A stretch of DNA of 64,000 nucleotides from Candidatus Poribacteria bacterium (GTDB taxonomy: Bacteria; Poribacteria; WGA-4E; JAJDTR01): contig CBDCTK010000002.1 in the NCBI GenBank assembly GCA_965222225.1, forward strand, positions 4,352,001 through 4,416,000, given 5' to 3'. Every line of letters starts with the position of its first letter. Positions within the stretch are counted from its first letter, which is position 1. Under the pieces are notes generated by a model that saw nothing but the letters and a program-made list of their open reading frames with translations, did no database searches and had not been told where the DNA came from. Of the stretch, positions 47,637 to 58,100 are shown one piece after another. A program made the position numbers and the translations under genes.

Positions 47637-48026
47637 ATGAAGACAGTAACGCTCACAGACGTTAACGAAGGCGAGTCGCTTCAATTTCCTTGGGGCGCGA
47701 TCAAATGGCTCTGCAACGATGAAATTGATTCGCAGGCTGAAATGACCTTCGGATTGGTTTTTCTGAACGTGGGTGAAACGAACCCCTTGCATTTTCACCC
47801 GAATTGTGAAGAACTCTTATATCTCCTATCAGGGGAGTGCAATCACCGACTTGGCGAAGATACTTTTCCGATGAAGGCGGGAACGATGATACGCATACCG
47901 CGCGGCGTGAAACACAACGCGGTGAATACCGGGTGGCAACCGGTAACCATGATCGTGTGCTATTCCGCCGCAGATCGGCAAACCGTTTTTTGCGATGAAG
48001 ACGAAATCACGCAAGATAATGGATGA
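47637..48026 (+). CDS. Cupin domain protein
   Basis: HFHPNCEE..Y and IPRGVKHNAVN; SD GGAGG. Confidence 0.92.
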   Translation: MKTVTLTDVNEGESLQFPWGAIKWLCNDEIDSQAEMTFGLVFLNVGETNPLHFHPNCEELLYLLSGECNHRLGEDTFPMKAGTMIRIPRGVKHNAVNTGWQPVTMIVCYSAADRQTVFCDEDEITQDNG

Positions 48027-48277
48027 TAGAGAGATAACCGGATTCTGTTGATTTTTCTCCTGTTTCGCGAAAAAGGTCTCAGTCGCCGAGATATTCTACA
48101 TGACGTACTGCTCTGGCAGGTCGACAACCTCGTCGGCCAAGGCTTCGAAATCCAAGCCGATCGAGACGCAACTATGATTGCCTCACATCTGCTTGACCAT
48201 TTCAGCGTTTTGGGAAAGGCATTGATGGTCGCTCAATCCATGGTTTGAATGAGATTGAGAATAAAAAGGGTGTTACA

Positions 48278-50698
48278 ATGCGAATCTTTCGAGCTATTCT
48301 AGCAGTTTTCTTGATTGTGTTAATTGTCCTTTTAGGAGCGATGTTTTTTGGGATTGGCTTCGTTGGCGGGGTAGTGCTTAAATCTTGGGAAGTCGTCAAG
48401 AACGTCAATCTACAGCAACTTGAATACCGCAAAGATGTTGACACATGGCAGCAGCATCTTGAAATATACTCTTCAATCTGCACTGTACAACGGGAAGATT
48501 CGATCGATTTTCTGCTAAGGAAACTGCAGCGCTTGAGCTATGAAGAAACACAGCAGGGCTATATTAAACCCAGCCTTCCAGGGCAATATACCAAGACTTT
48601 CGGTTCATCGCAGTATTCCGGTATCATGTGGATATATCTCTTGGGTTTCCATTACCCTTATGCGGATCGGAAGCCGTATAGGGTAGAAATCGCGGTACGA
48701 GATCGAAAGGTTGAATCTATCCGCAACGATTTGGGCGAATATCTGCCCAGCTTTGATTTACAGCCGGAATTAATTAGTGAGCTTTACGGCGAGGATGATG
48801 AAGCACGCGAACTTATTTCGCTATCGGCGATGCCGGACACACTATTGAAGGCGTTCCTTGCCGTGGAGGATAAGCGGTTTCACCAACATTGGGGTGTTGA
48901 CATAATAGCTATTGGCCGCGCAGTACTCCGAAACATACAGGATGGGACGCTACAAGGCGCTAGCACAATTACACAGCAACTTACTCGGAATATTTATCTC
49001 TCGCGAGAGAAGCGGATTCTACGAAAAATCAAAGAGGCGCTTCTTGCCCTGCGAATTGAGAAGGCTTTTTCCAAAGACGAGATATTTGAACGGTACCTTA
49101 ATCTGATTAACTTCGGACGCTACGGCTCCCGCGAAGTGTTCGGTGTGCAAGAAGCCGCGAACAGTTACTTCGGAAAACCCGTTTGGGAGCTTGAAGTTCA
49201 AGAATGCGCGACGCTTGCCGGCATTCCCAAATCCCCAACGCTTTACTCACCCATCCGCAACCCCAAGGAGTCAATGAACCGCCGCAATCTTGTTCTCGGA
49301 CTGATGCGGAACGCGAATTGCATTTCGCAAGATACCTATGAAGTAGGCTTGGCTACACCCCTCGCCATTGATGCGCCCGAGGACAAGCAAGGGCGGGAAG
49401 CCCTGCATTTTATCGAATACGTGCATCAACAACTGGAGGACATGGAGCACCTTAAAGATCAGTTGTACAACCAGGGGTTGAAGGTCTATACGACACTTGA
49501 TATGTCCATGCAGGAGGTCGCTGAACAAGCGGTGGCTGATCATTTGCGTCAGCTGGATAAGGGTTTTTCAAATCTGCCCGACTACGATGGCAACAAACTT
49601 GATCCCAACGGAATCGATCCGAAAGAAAATTATTTGCAAGCGGCGCTGGTTGCCATTGAACCCCAAACAGGATATATTCGATCGATGGTAGGAGGACGTG
49701 ACTACTACATCACTCGTCGAAAGATAAACTTTTATAATCGCGCGGTAAATTCCCTCCGTCAGCCCGGATCCGCATTTAAACCGATTGTACTTGCAGCTTT
49801 CTTCAACCTCCCGGTCCCCTTGGCAACCCCTGCAACCATTGTCCGAGATGAGGCGTGGTCTTCCATTAGCGAATCATGGAGGAAATGGACTCCACGAAAT
49901 TACACGGATACGTACCACGGGGATGTCACATTACGCACAGTTCTCGAAAAGTCAATTAATGTTGCAACCGCAAAGTTGATGAATGATCCCGAAACCGTTA
50001 AACTCGGTGACGAGAAGGATGGGATTAAGCGGACAATTGCTTTCGCCAAACGCTTGGGCATTGAAAGCAAACTGCCGGAATATCCGTCGCTCTCCCTCGG
50101 CGCAGGGGATGTAACGCTGTTGGAACTCACCTCAGCCTACTCGATTTTTGCCAACGGTGGAATGCGAGCGCAGCCACGCAGCATTCAATATATCGAAAAC
50201 CGTAACGGCGAACTTCTATTTGAGAATGAAATGAAACCCAAAAGGGTTGTTGCGGAGAGCCTAGCCTTTGTAATTACCAATTTAATGAAGGGTGTCATCG
50301 AGAATGGTACCGGCAATAGAGCAATTCGAAGTGGTTTAAAGCGTCCGGCGGCTGGCAAAACCGGAACGACTGATGATTACAAAGATGCTTGGTTTGTCGG
50401 TTATACGCCACGGCTTGCTGCCGGCGTTTGGGTAGGGTTTGACGAATCCAAAAAGAAGAACAAAAGAAGTCAGGGGGAAGGCGCCAAAGCCGCTTTACCA
50501 ATCTGGGCAAGATATATGATTGAAGGGGCAAGGGGGCCCATTGAGGATTTCCGTGAACCTGCCGGGGTTGTATTCCATGAAATTGATAAAGAAACAGGCT
50601 TACTCAAGTACCCCGGCAAGTGCGATCCCAAGAATATCATCCGTGAGGCGTTCCTTGAAGGCTATGCACCGGCTATGCTTTGTACAGCGCACGACTGA
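48278..50698 (+). CDS. Class A penicillin-binding protein (transglycosylase/transpeptidase, UB2H-like region)
   Basis: EDKRF, GASTITQQL, RKIKE, SAFK (SxxK), SIN, KTGT; N-terminal TM. Confidence 0.93.
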   Translation: MRIFRAILAVFLIVLIVLLGAMFFGIGFVGGVVLKSWEVVKNVNLQQLEYRKDVDTWQQHLEIYSSICTVQREDSIDFLLRKLQRLSYEETQQGYIKPSLPGQYTKTFGSSQYSGIMWIYLLGFHYPYADRKPYRVEIAVRDRKVESIRNDLGEYLPSFDLQPELISELYGEDDEARELISLSAMPDTLLKAFLAVEDKRFHQHWGVDIIAIGRAVLRNIQDGTLQGASTITQQLTRNIYLSREKRILRKIKEALLALRIEKAFSKDEIFERYLNLINFGRYGSREVFGVQEAANSYFGKPVWELEVQECATLAGIPKSPTLYSPIRNPKESMNRRNLVLGLMRNANCISQDTYEVGLATPLAIDAPEDKQGREALHFIEYVHQQLEDMEHLKDQLYNQGLKVYTTLDMSMQEVAEQAVADHLRQLDKGFSNLPDYDGNKLDPNGIDPKENYLQAALVAIEPQTGYIRSMVGGRDYYITRRKINFYNRAVNSLRQPGSAFKPIVLAAFFNLPVPLATPATIVRDEAWSSISESWRKWTPRNYTDTYHGDVTLRTVLEKSINVATAKLMNDPETVKLGDEKDGIKRTIAFAKRLGIESKLPEYPSLSLGAGDVTLLELTSAYSIFANGGMRAQPRSIQYIENRNGELLFENEMKPKRVVAESLAFVITNLMKGVIENGTGNRAIRSGLKRPAAGKTGTTDDYKDAWFVGYTPRLAAGVWVGFDESKKKNKRSQGEGAKAALPIWARYMIEGARGPIEDFREPAGVVFHEIDKETGLLKYPGKCDPKNIIREAFLEGYAPAMLCTAHD

Positions 50699-51148
50699 TG
50701 CGTGTGGACAACGCTTTCAGTTTGGGGCGATTTCTTGCGTTCAAGAAAGGCGCAGGAGATTTTAACCATTCGGTCTTTTTGGTAGACCATTGGAAAAGAC
50801 GCTAGCGGTTTTCGGTATCATGCAGATGACGTGTTGGGTTTCACTTGAATTTTGGTGTGGAACGACGGGGCAAGGAGATCTCTATCGCGGTCGTTATTCA
50901 CTCCCTTGATCCCCGCCTACGGGATTGGTATTGCGCGGCTTTCAGTTCAACCCAACCGTTTTACGTATGTACAAAGTCAAGCTTACAGAGTTCGCTATTT
51001 GTAGAAAACAGACATTCCTATGGTCGTGAATCGGAGTTCGCTCCTACAGGGAGTTACGCCAATTGAAATCGCATCTTCGATTTGACGATCCGCGAACCGA
51101 ACTGTGTGAGTCCCATATGTAAGATTTTCTGTTGGAGTGGCTATAAAT

Positions 51149-51514
51149 CTAATTCTCCTTGTTTTTGTTACTTCGGCGATTGCTTGCAGCGTTCTTGTGG
51201 TGGAGAAATTGATAAAACTCGAACATTGTCTCTTTGTCTTTTTCGGGTAGTTCGGTTATGCCTCTAAGCATCATGCCGACTTTGGGATCTGCCAATAGAT
51301 CGTCGTAACGATTGCGCGGCTTGCCAAATAGGTAGTCGGTCGTCACTTTCAGGGCGTCGGCTAAACTCGGAACTGTGTCAAATGCGGGCTTTCTTGCACC
51401 CGATTCAAATTGTGAAATCGCCGCGGGCGTAATATTAGCTGCCTTCGCAAGTCCTGTCTGCGTCAAGTTAAGTTCGCGACGACGTTTTCTAATCCGTGAA
51501 ACAACAGTTTCCAT
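51149..51514 (-). CDS. XRE-family HTH transcriptional regulator
   Basis: RIRKRRRELNLTQTGLA...AISQFESGARKP...LADALKVTTDYL. Confidence 0.92.
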   Translation of the reverse strand: METVVSRIRKRRRELNLTQTGLAKAANITPAAISQFESGARKPAFDTVPSLADALKVTTDYLFGKPRNRYDDLLADPKVGMMLRGITELPEKDKETMFEFYQFLHHKNAASNRRSNKNKEN

Positions 51515-52092
51515 CGGAAGTTCCTTTCGCGGAGAACATCAATCCATTCGTCCGCAATCGGACTTAATGCTAACGGATGTGATGTAAATTCAAACATGCC
51601 AACTTTTTCTTATTACAACGTTAAAATTGGGCAAACGATACGAGGAATTCGTACGGGGCCCACCCGCCACCGTGTTTATTCCTCAGCAAAAGTCAGTAGG
51701 TTTCAATAAACAAGCGTCCATGTGCTAGCATGCGAATGTTAGCCTCGCACCGCAGAGCGGTTTCAATAGTGCTCGGTGCGGGTTCAAATTTCTGACGGCG
51801 AGTCGAGATTTTCGCGCGGTCGATTCCGGTGGATTCTTCGTGGATGTAGTCTTTAGTCGACGGAGTCGAGAGGCATTGGTCGGCATGGTGTATTCGTCAA
51901 CAAAATGGTTTACACACCGTACTGCTCCTACAGATTGAGAATCTCATCGGTCAAGGCTTGGATTTGTCAATCCAAGCCGAGCGGGAATAGTCATGGGTGT
52001 CTAACATCTTCCGTGCCAATGCGGCATGGGCTACAGTATTCGTCTTGAGTGGGCCTTTTGTGAAATCTTTGCGTGCCCATCACTTTTGTGTC

Positions 52093-52121
52093 TTGACAAG
52101 GCTTAACGACTATGATAAAAT
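52093..52121 (+). promoter_or_regulatory. sigma70 promoter of the terminal operon
   Basis: TTGACA-17-TAAAAT with extended TG; SD GGAGGAGG before ATG 52188. Confidence 0.75.
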
Positions 52122-52187
52122 CTGAATAACTCGGAAAAAGCGAATCAAAATCCTTACCGCGTTCAGAGTGTTTTTGGAGGAGGCTAG

Positions 52188-55100
52188 ATGGTCAGAGTAG
52201 CAACAGTTTGTGCAATGTTGTCATTTTGTTTATTAACCCTATTTGCCTTTGCGCCCGCCGGCGTTTCCGCTGATGGGCAGCAGACACTCGGACTCTTCGA
52301 GACAGCGGTGGAAATTCGTGGCGAAGTTTCTGTGGGCGGCATGCGGAAAGACATCGCTCGACTTTCCAGTCTCTCCACTCGAGTTACCGGCTATGACGAG
52401 GCAGCGAACGGTGCCAAATATGTTTTCGATCGTTTTGTTGAAATCGGCTTGCAAAATATTGAGGCACGCGGATTTGAAATAACCGTGCCGATTGACGCAG
52501 AGGATGGAAAACTTGAGTTACTCTCGCCGGATGGAACGGTTTCCAAGAGCGTCAAAATATCTCCCTGTTGGCCCAACCTCGTACGGACCTCCCTTCTCCC
52601 TAACGGAATCAAGCATCTTGTCAATTCCGATGAAACTCTCGAAGAGATTGCTCAATCCTACCAAGTCGACGTTCAATCTATATTCACCAATCCCCACAAT
52701 CAGTATCTACAAGATCAGGGTGCTGACGGTCGTGACAATGACAGTGACGGCGACATTGATGAAACAGGCGAATTTGCACTAATTGAGGGGAATACCGTTT
52801 TCGTTCCTACGGGCGGGTTAACGGCGCCGTTGCTATACGCTGGTGATGCCGAGCTTGTTGATTTTAACGGGTTGGATGTTGGTGGAATTTGGTACGATGT
52901 ACAACCCGGCGACACGCTCGAAAACATCTCGCACCGGTTCCGAGTGAGTCGAGGAAGCATTACCGATGACGTTTTGAATGGTCACCTCCAGAAGACGGAA
53001 GACGGAATTGACAATGACGAAGACACAGAAGTCGACGAATATGGAGAAATTCCGCCGCTTGAAGAAATCGTCCGTTGGGGCAACGACGGGATTGATAATG
53101 ACGGTGACGGGTACGCGGACGAGGTCCCCGGTGATGACGAAGACGCTATAGACAATAATAGAGACGGGCAAATCGATGAGCCGGGCGAGTTTGTGGCAGC
53201 TGGTGAATCCAGCATCTTTATTCCACAAGGCAGTATTGTCCTAGTCGACTTTAATTCTGGCACCCGCTGGATTAACGCCGCGATGTTGGGAGCCAAAGCG
53301 GTGATTTTCATCGAACCGGAGGCCACTATCCGCGGTGAAGCAGAGAACAAATTCCTGACTGTTCCTGCCAATATACCTCGCTTTTGGATTTCCAAGGAGG
53401 ACGCAGAGGAACTCAAAGCGATGATGGCGCAGGAAAATATCTCCGCTCGATTAACCTGTACCATGACTTGGCAACGCCGTATTGGCCAGAATATCCGCGG
53501 CTTCCTTGAAGGCAACGACCCCGTATTAAAAGACGAATTAATAGTCCTTACCGCTTACTACGATTCAATGTCTATCGTTCCCGCGATGGCTCCCGGTGCC
53601 GATCCGACGGGCGGCATTGCCGCACTGCTTGAATTGGCGCGTATATTCAGCAACGAAGAATTCCGCCCCGGACGTTCCATGCTATTTGTTGCGACCGATG
53701 GACACTTCCAAGGCTTGGCCGGTATGCGGTCTTTCATGGAGGGAATTGGCCAAGATACCGTCGGCGGTGCTACGGATTCGCCGGGGACTCCCACGATGCA
53801 TGGTCTACGGCGCGGGCTGTCCGCAGACCTCTTTGAATTTCAGGAACTAGGGCGGAAGTTGTTACTCTCCATTGACCGGAGCGTTTTGGTCGACTTGCCT
53901 CCGGATTTCTATTACGATGTCCACAAAATTGATGCAGACCTTGATTCACTGGCGACAACCCTGGCGGCTCTGTCCGACACTCGGGGGAAAATCAGTTCTC
54001 TCCGTGATGCCCAGCGCGACTTCAAAGAGAAACAGAAGAAGAAAATTGAAACAACGAAGAAACGTGAGAAACAGGGATTTACCGCGGAGGAAAAGTCGCG
54101 TCTTGAAACAAATCTGACTTCGTTCAAAAAAGATTCCTTGCAAACAACTCACTTTCTGCGAGACCTCGTAATACGGGTAGATCGACTTCGTTCACAGGCC
54201 TTGAAGGAATCTCGGAAAGCCCAGCGGGAGTTGCTTGAAAATATGGCACTACCTATGGCGCATCTGGACATTTGGGCGCTTCGGCAGCTGAGAAACGACC
54301 TTGAGGCAAAGCGGATTGCGGACAGTTTTTCGCGAGAACCCTCAGAATCCTACGTTTTGCCTAGAATGGTGGGCGACGGGTACGAAATTCCAATCGATGC
54401 CGAAGCCGGGGATACGCACCTCGGGGAGCAAGTCAAGATTCTATCAGAGTATCTTGAAAACTGGGAACTGGGCGATTCGCGAAAATTTGCACTCCAATTT
54501 ACTCCGGAAAAATTGCTTGACCGCCACCTAGATTTTCACGGTCTCCAGCGCATAAATAGATCTCGGAAGGTTGTCAATCGAGCCACTCAACCGTTGGCTA
54601 ACTATATCGCCCTTGAGCAACAGATGCTTGAACGCGCATTGGCGAAAATTCCCGAAAGCAGTGACGCTGAAAACCTAATTAAATCAGCAATTACAAAACT
54701 TGCTACCGACCCGTCATACTATCCACCGTCTATTGTTTCAGAACTAAAACAATATTTAAGTCAACCGTCCGTTGAGCGCTTGGATCACACACAGACCGGG
54801 CTTCAGCAAAAGCTCAGAGAAGCCAAAACGACCGAAACAGATGATGCCTCGCATGCGATTCTAGTCGCGGACTTCGTCAAGGACAAACAGTCCATCTTTG
54901 AGGCGGCACTGCGAAATGCGCGATTGGAGAGGAACCGGATCCGGAATTTACTGCGAAATCACGGGGAACTGGTTCGTGTGTATCTCGCAGAAGAGGAACT
55001 GGTGCTTCGTCACTATTTATCGAAGAATGAAGTGGATCAGGCGGTTGAAGCGCGTTCTCAAATCTTTGCCCACTTGTCCGAAGAGATGCTTCTTTCTTAC

Positions 55101-58100
55101 GTGCAGAGGAAGGCTGCGAATGACGTTGTTGAACTAAACAACCTTTTGAACCGATTGGATACGCTTGATCGTGACCTGAGCGAGGAAACAAAGATTCTTC
55201 TGCGCGACAACATGCTCACGCTCAGGAATTCCCGATTTCGTAACCTTCAAAGTCGCATCGAAAAGATAACCCGAATCAGTAAGTTCGAGTACAACCGCAA
55301 GATTTCCCAGATGGAGCAATCCATAACCCTTCAAGATCTCTTCAATCGTTACTACACTTCCCTATTCATCTCAATAGACCTTTCTACCCAGAGCGACAAA
55401 TTCGGTGTTTTCAATAAAGGTTGGTTCTACAATCAACAGCCTGAATTTGTTCTGCGACGAGAGTTTGCGTCCATCGGCAACAAACTCGCCGAGTATGCGG
55501 AAGACGCGGATTTCGGCGCGCGCGTCCGGAATCTGTGGACTTTCACCGATGATCAGATTCGTCAAGGCGTCCTGAACAATCAGTGGACTGTTGCGGGAAC
55601 AATTGAATCCAAAGCGGCGGTTGAAGGCAAGACGCTGGAGACGCTCATCAGTGAGCACTTTGACACGTTCACGGCGCTTTCCGGAGTATCGCGCTTGATG
55701 AAGTTGCAGTTTGAGCAGATGCGAGATCGCGGGGAACCGTCCGAGGATATGGTCAAGGATATGGACTACATTCGCCAGGAGGTAGAGCGATTTATCCGCA
55801 ACGATGTTCGGACGGCGAGAAAGGATCGAAAAAATAGCATCCGATTGTTGAATCGGCTTAACGCAATGCTGCAACTCAGGTGCGAAGATGCTTCAACGTT
55901 ATCGCAGGATGAGATTGAAGACATTAAGACCCTAATTGGACTCGTAGGTCTCGGCGGGGAGACAAACTTCGTGAATGCAATCTCTGCTAGCGGCGGAAAA
56001 ACTTGGCAGACTTACATACCCGGCAAGATAGCTTTTGACAGCGAAGTTGCCACGTTGACCGGCAAAACGGGTATTGCCATTGCCACCGTGGAAGATGCGC
56101 GTATCCTCACTGATACCCCCTTGGATACAATCGATCGAATGCATGTAGAGGAAGATGGGAATCTGCACCAACAGGTCAAAACACTGGCGGCCATATTGGT
56201 ACAAGCGATGCGCGACCCGAAGATGCCAACAGCCGCGAAGGTCGGAAACTTTTACTGTAATCTATTCGGCGATGTAGTAGAGTTTGATGCGCGTGAGAGC
56301 GCTCTGCCCAATAAACCGGTTCCTTATCCGATCTTGACATTGCGACGTAAGCACAAAACGATGATGGGGGTAAGAGGCGACCTATTCACCATGGGAGACA
56401 ACAAGGGGAACTTTGAGGTCGCCGGACTGGCAATGGAGGGGCGTGCGACGAATCGAATCGCGGGTACGCAGGAGGTAGAGGCATATCTTCTTGATCCCGA
56501 TTCCGGGGACATTGTTTACGCGCCGGACCTTGGCAACTACGGAGCCAAGTTACTGCCCAATAAAGTGCCGATTGACACTCGCCGCCGCGGTTGCCGCGTC
56601 GTGGTGTTTCCTTGTGTTTCAACAACGATTTACGATTTAGTCGATCAACGCTATCTGCGCACCTTACGTGAACTTCAAGTCTACGAAGCCACATCGGATA
56701 GCGCTCCGGAGAAATATGGGATTTCCAAACCTTGGCAGCAGGAGGGCGTTTCCGCTGCCGAACCAATTGCGCTCGTCTATTCCGAGCCACATGAACGCAT
56801 CAAAATCGGTATGGCGTATGGGCAGATTGGGAAACGCTTGTTATTGATTAAAGCGACAAAAAGCGGGATGAAAAATCCGACGCTATACACGGGTGAGGGT
56901 TTCGTTGTACGAGAGAACGGCAGCATTCGGGTGACGCCTTACGTCGTTGTGCGGGATATGTGGTGGCTTGATGAGAATCGATCGCGCCTCTACAAGCGGT
57001 TCGGCATTTCGAGCGATAGACTTGACAAGCTTCACGAATTTGCCCACGAATATCTCGAGCAGGCAGAGTTGGCGCTCCAGCAGAAGGACTATCAGCAGGC
57101 GTTGAAACTCGCTCGTGCGGCGTGGGGCTATGAATCCCGCGCTTATCCCGATGTAAAGAAGACCGGTAACGATGTGGTTAGTGGCGTGATGTTCTACCTC
57201 GCACTCCTGATTCCGTTCGCCTATTTCTTGGAACGTTTGCTATTTGCCTCCCCAAGCGTGAATAAACAGATTATGTGGACAGGGGTTATCTTCCTAACCG
57301 TCTTTTTCTTCCTCTCTCGGGTGCATCCCGCCTTCCAAATTACGACCACCCCGATAATCATATTGGTTGCCTTTATCGTGCTTGCTCTAACAGTGATTGT
57401 TATCTCAATCATCATCCGCAAGTTTGAGGAGCAACTTGAGAAGATTAAACAGGAAGGCAGCAACGTATATAAGGCTGATGTGGGAAGGTTATCGGCATCA
57501 GCGGCGGCGTTCAGCCTCGGAATTTCGAATATGAGGAAGAGGGGCGGACGGACAATCTTGACGTGCGTGACATTGGTCATTCTGACGTTCACCGTTATCT
57601 CATTCACGTCGGTCCGAACCTTTATGCACCCTAACAAGACTAGCCTGCCTGCCGTCACACCACGTTATACCGGATTGTTGATTCGTGACCAATATTGGCG
57701 TCCACTAGAGGAGCCCGTATTAACTTCCGTCATGAACGACATGCGCAAGACTAAGATACCCGAGAAAGATGCACGGCTTCTGTTCAAGAGGAGAGGAAAG
57801 ACCGATGCCGAGATTGATTCGCTTTTGGATTCATATATTGAGACGGCTGAGGAGTCCCCGAAGCTTGGGGCGGCCTCGGGCAGTGCGACAACTATACGAG
57901 CATCTGTTGCGGGAAGCCAGCGGCGGGAAGTTGCGGCGTCTACGAGTGTGGGCGAGCGCTCACGATTTTTCGCCGTTCACAATGTAGTAGCACCCCGCGC
58001 ATGGTATCAATCTTCCGGTACAGGCGACCAATCGTTCGTGCAGTTGACGCGCACACCAAATCCGGCGGATCCTGTGCCACCGCTAGATCCGAAGACCGGT

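Noticed and set aside
51566-52080. tRNA or other ncRNA in the XRE-operon intergenic region
   Set aside because: Hairpins exist (e.g. GGCTTGGATT/AATCCAAGCC) but they resemble REP-like repeats; no cloverleaf or known RNA motif
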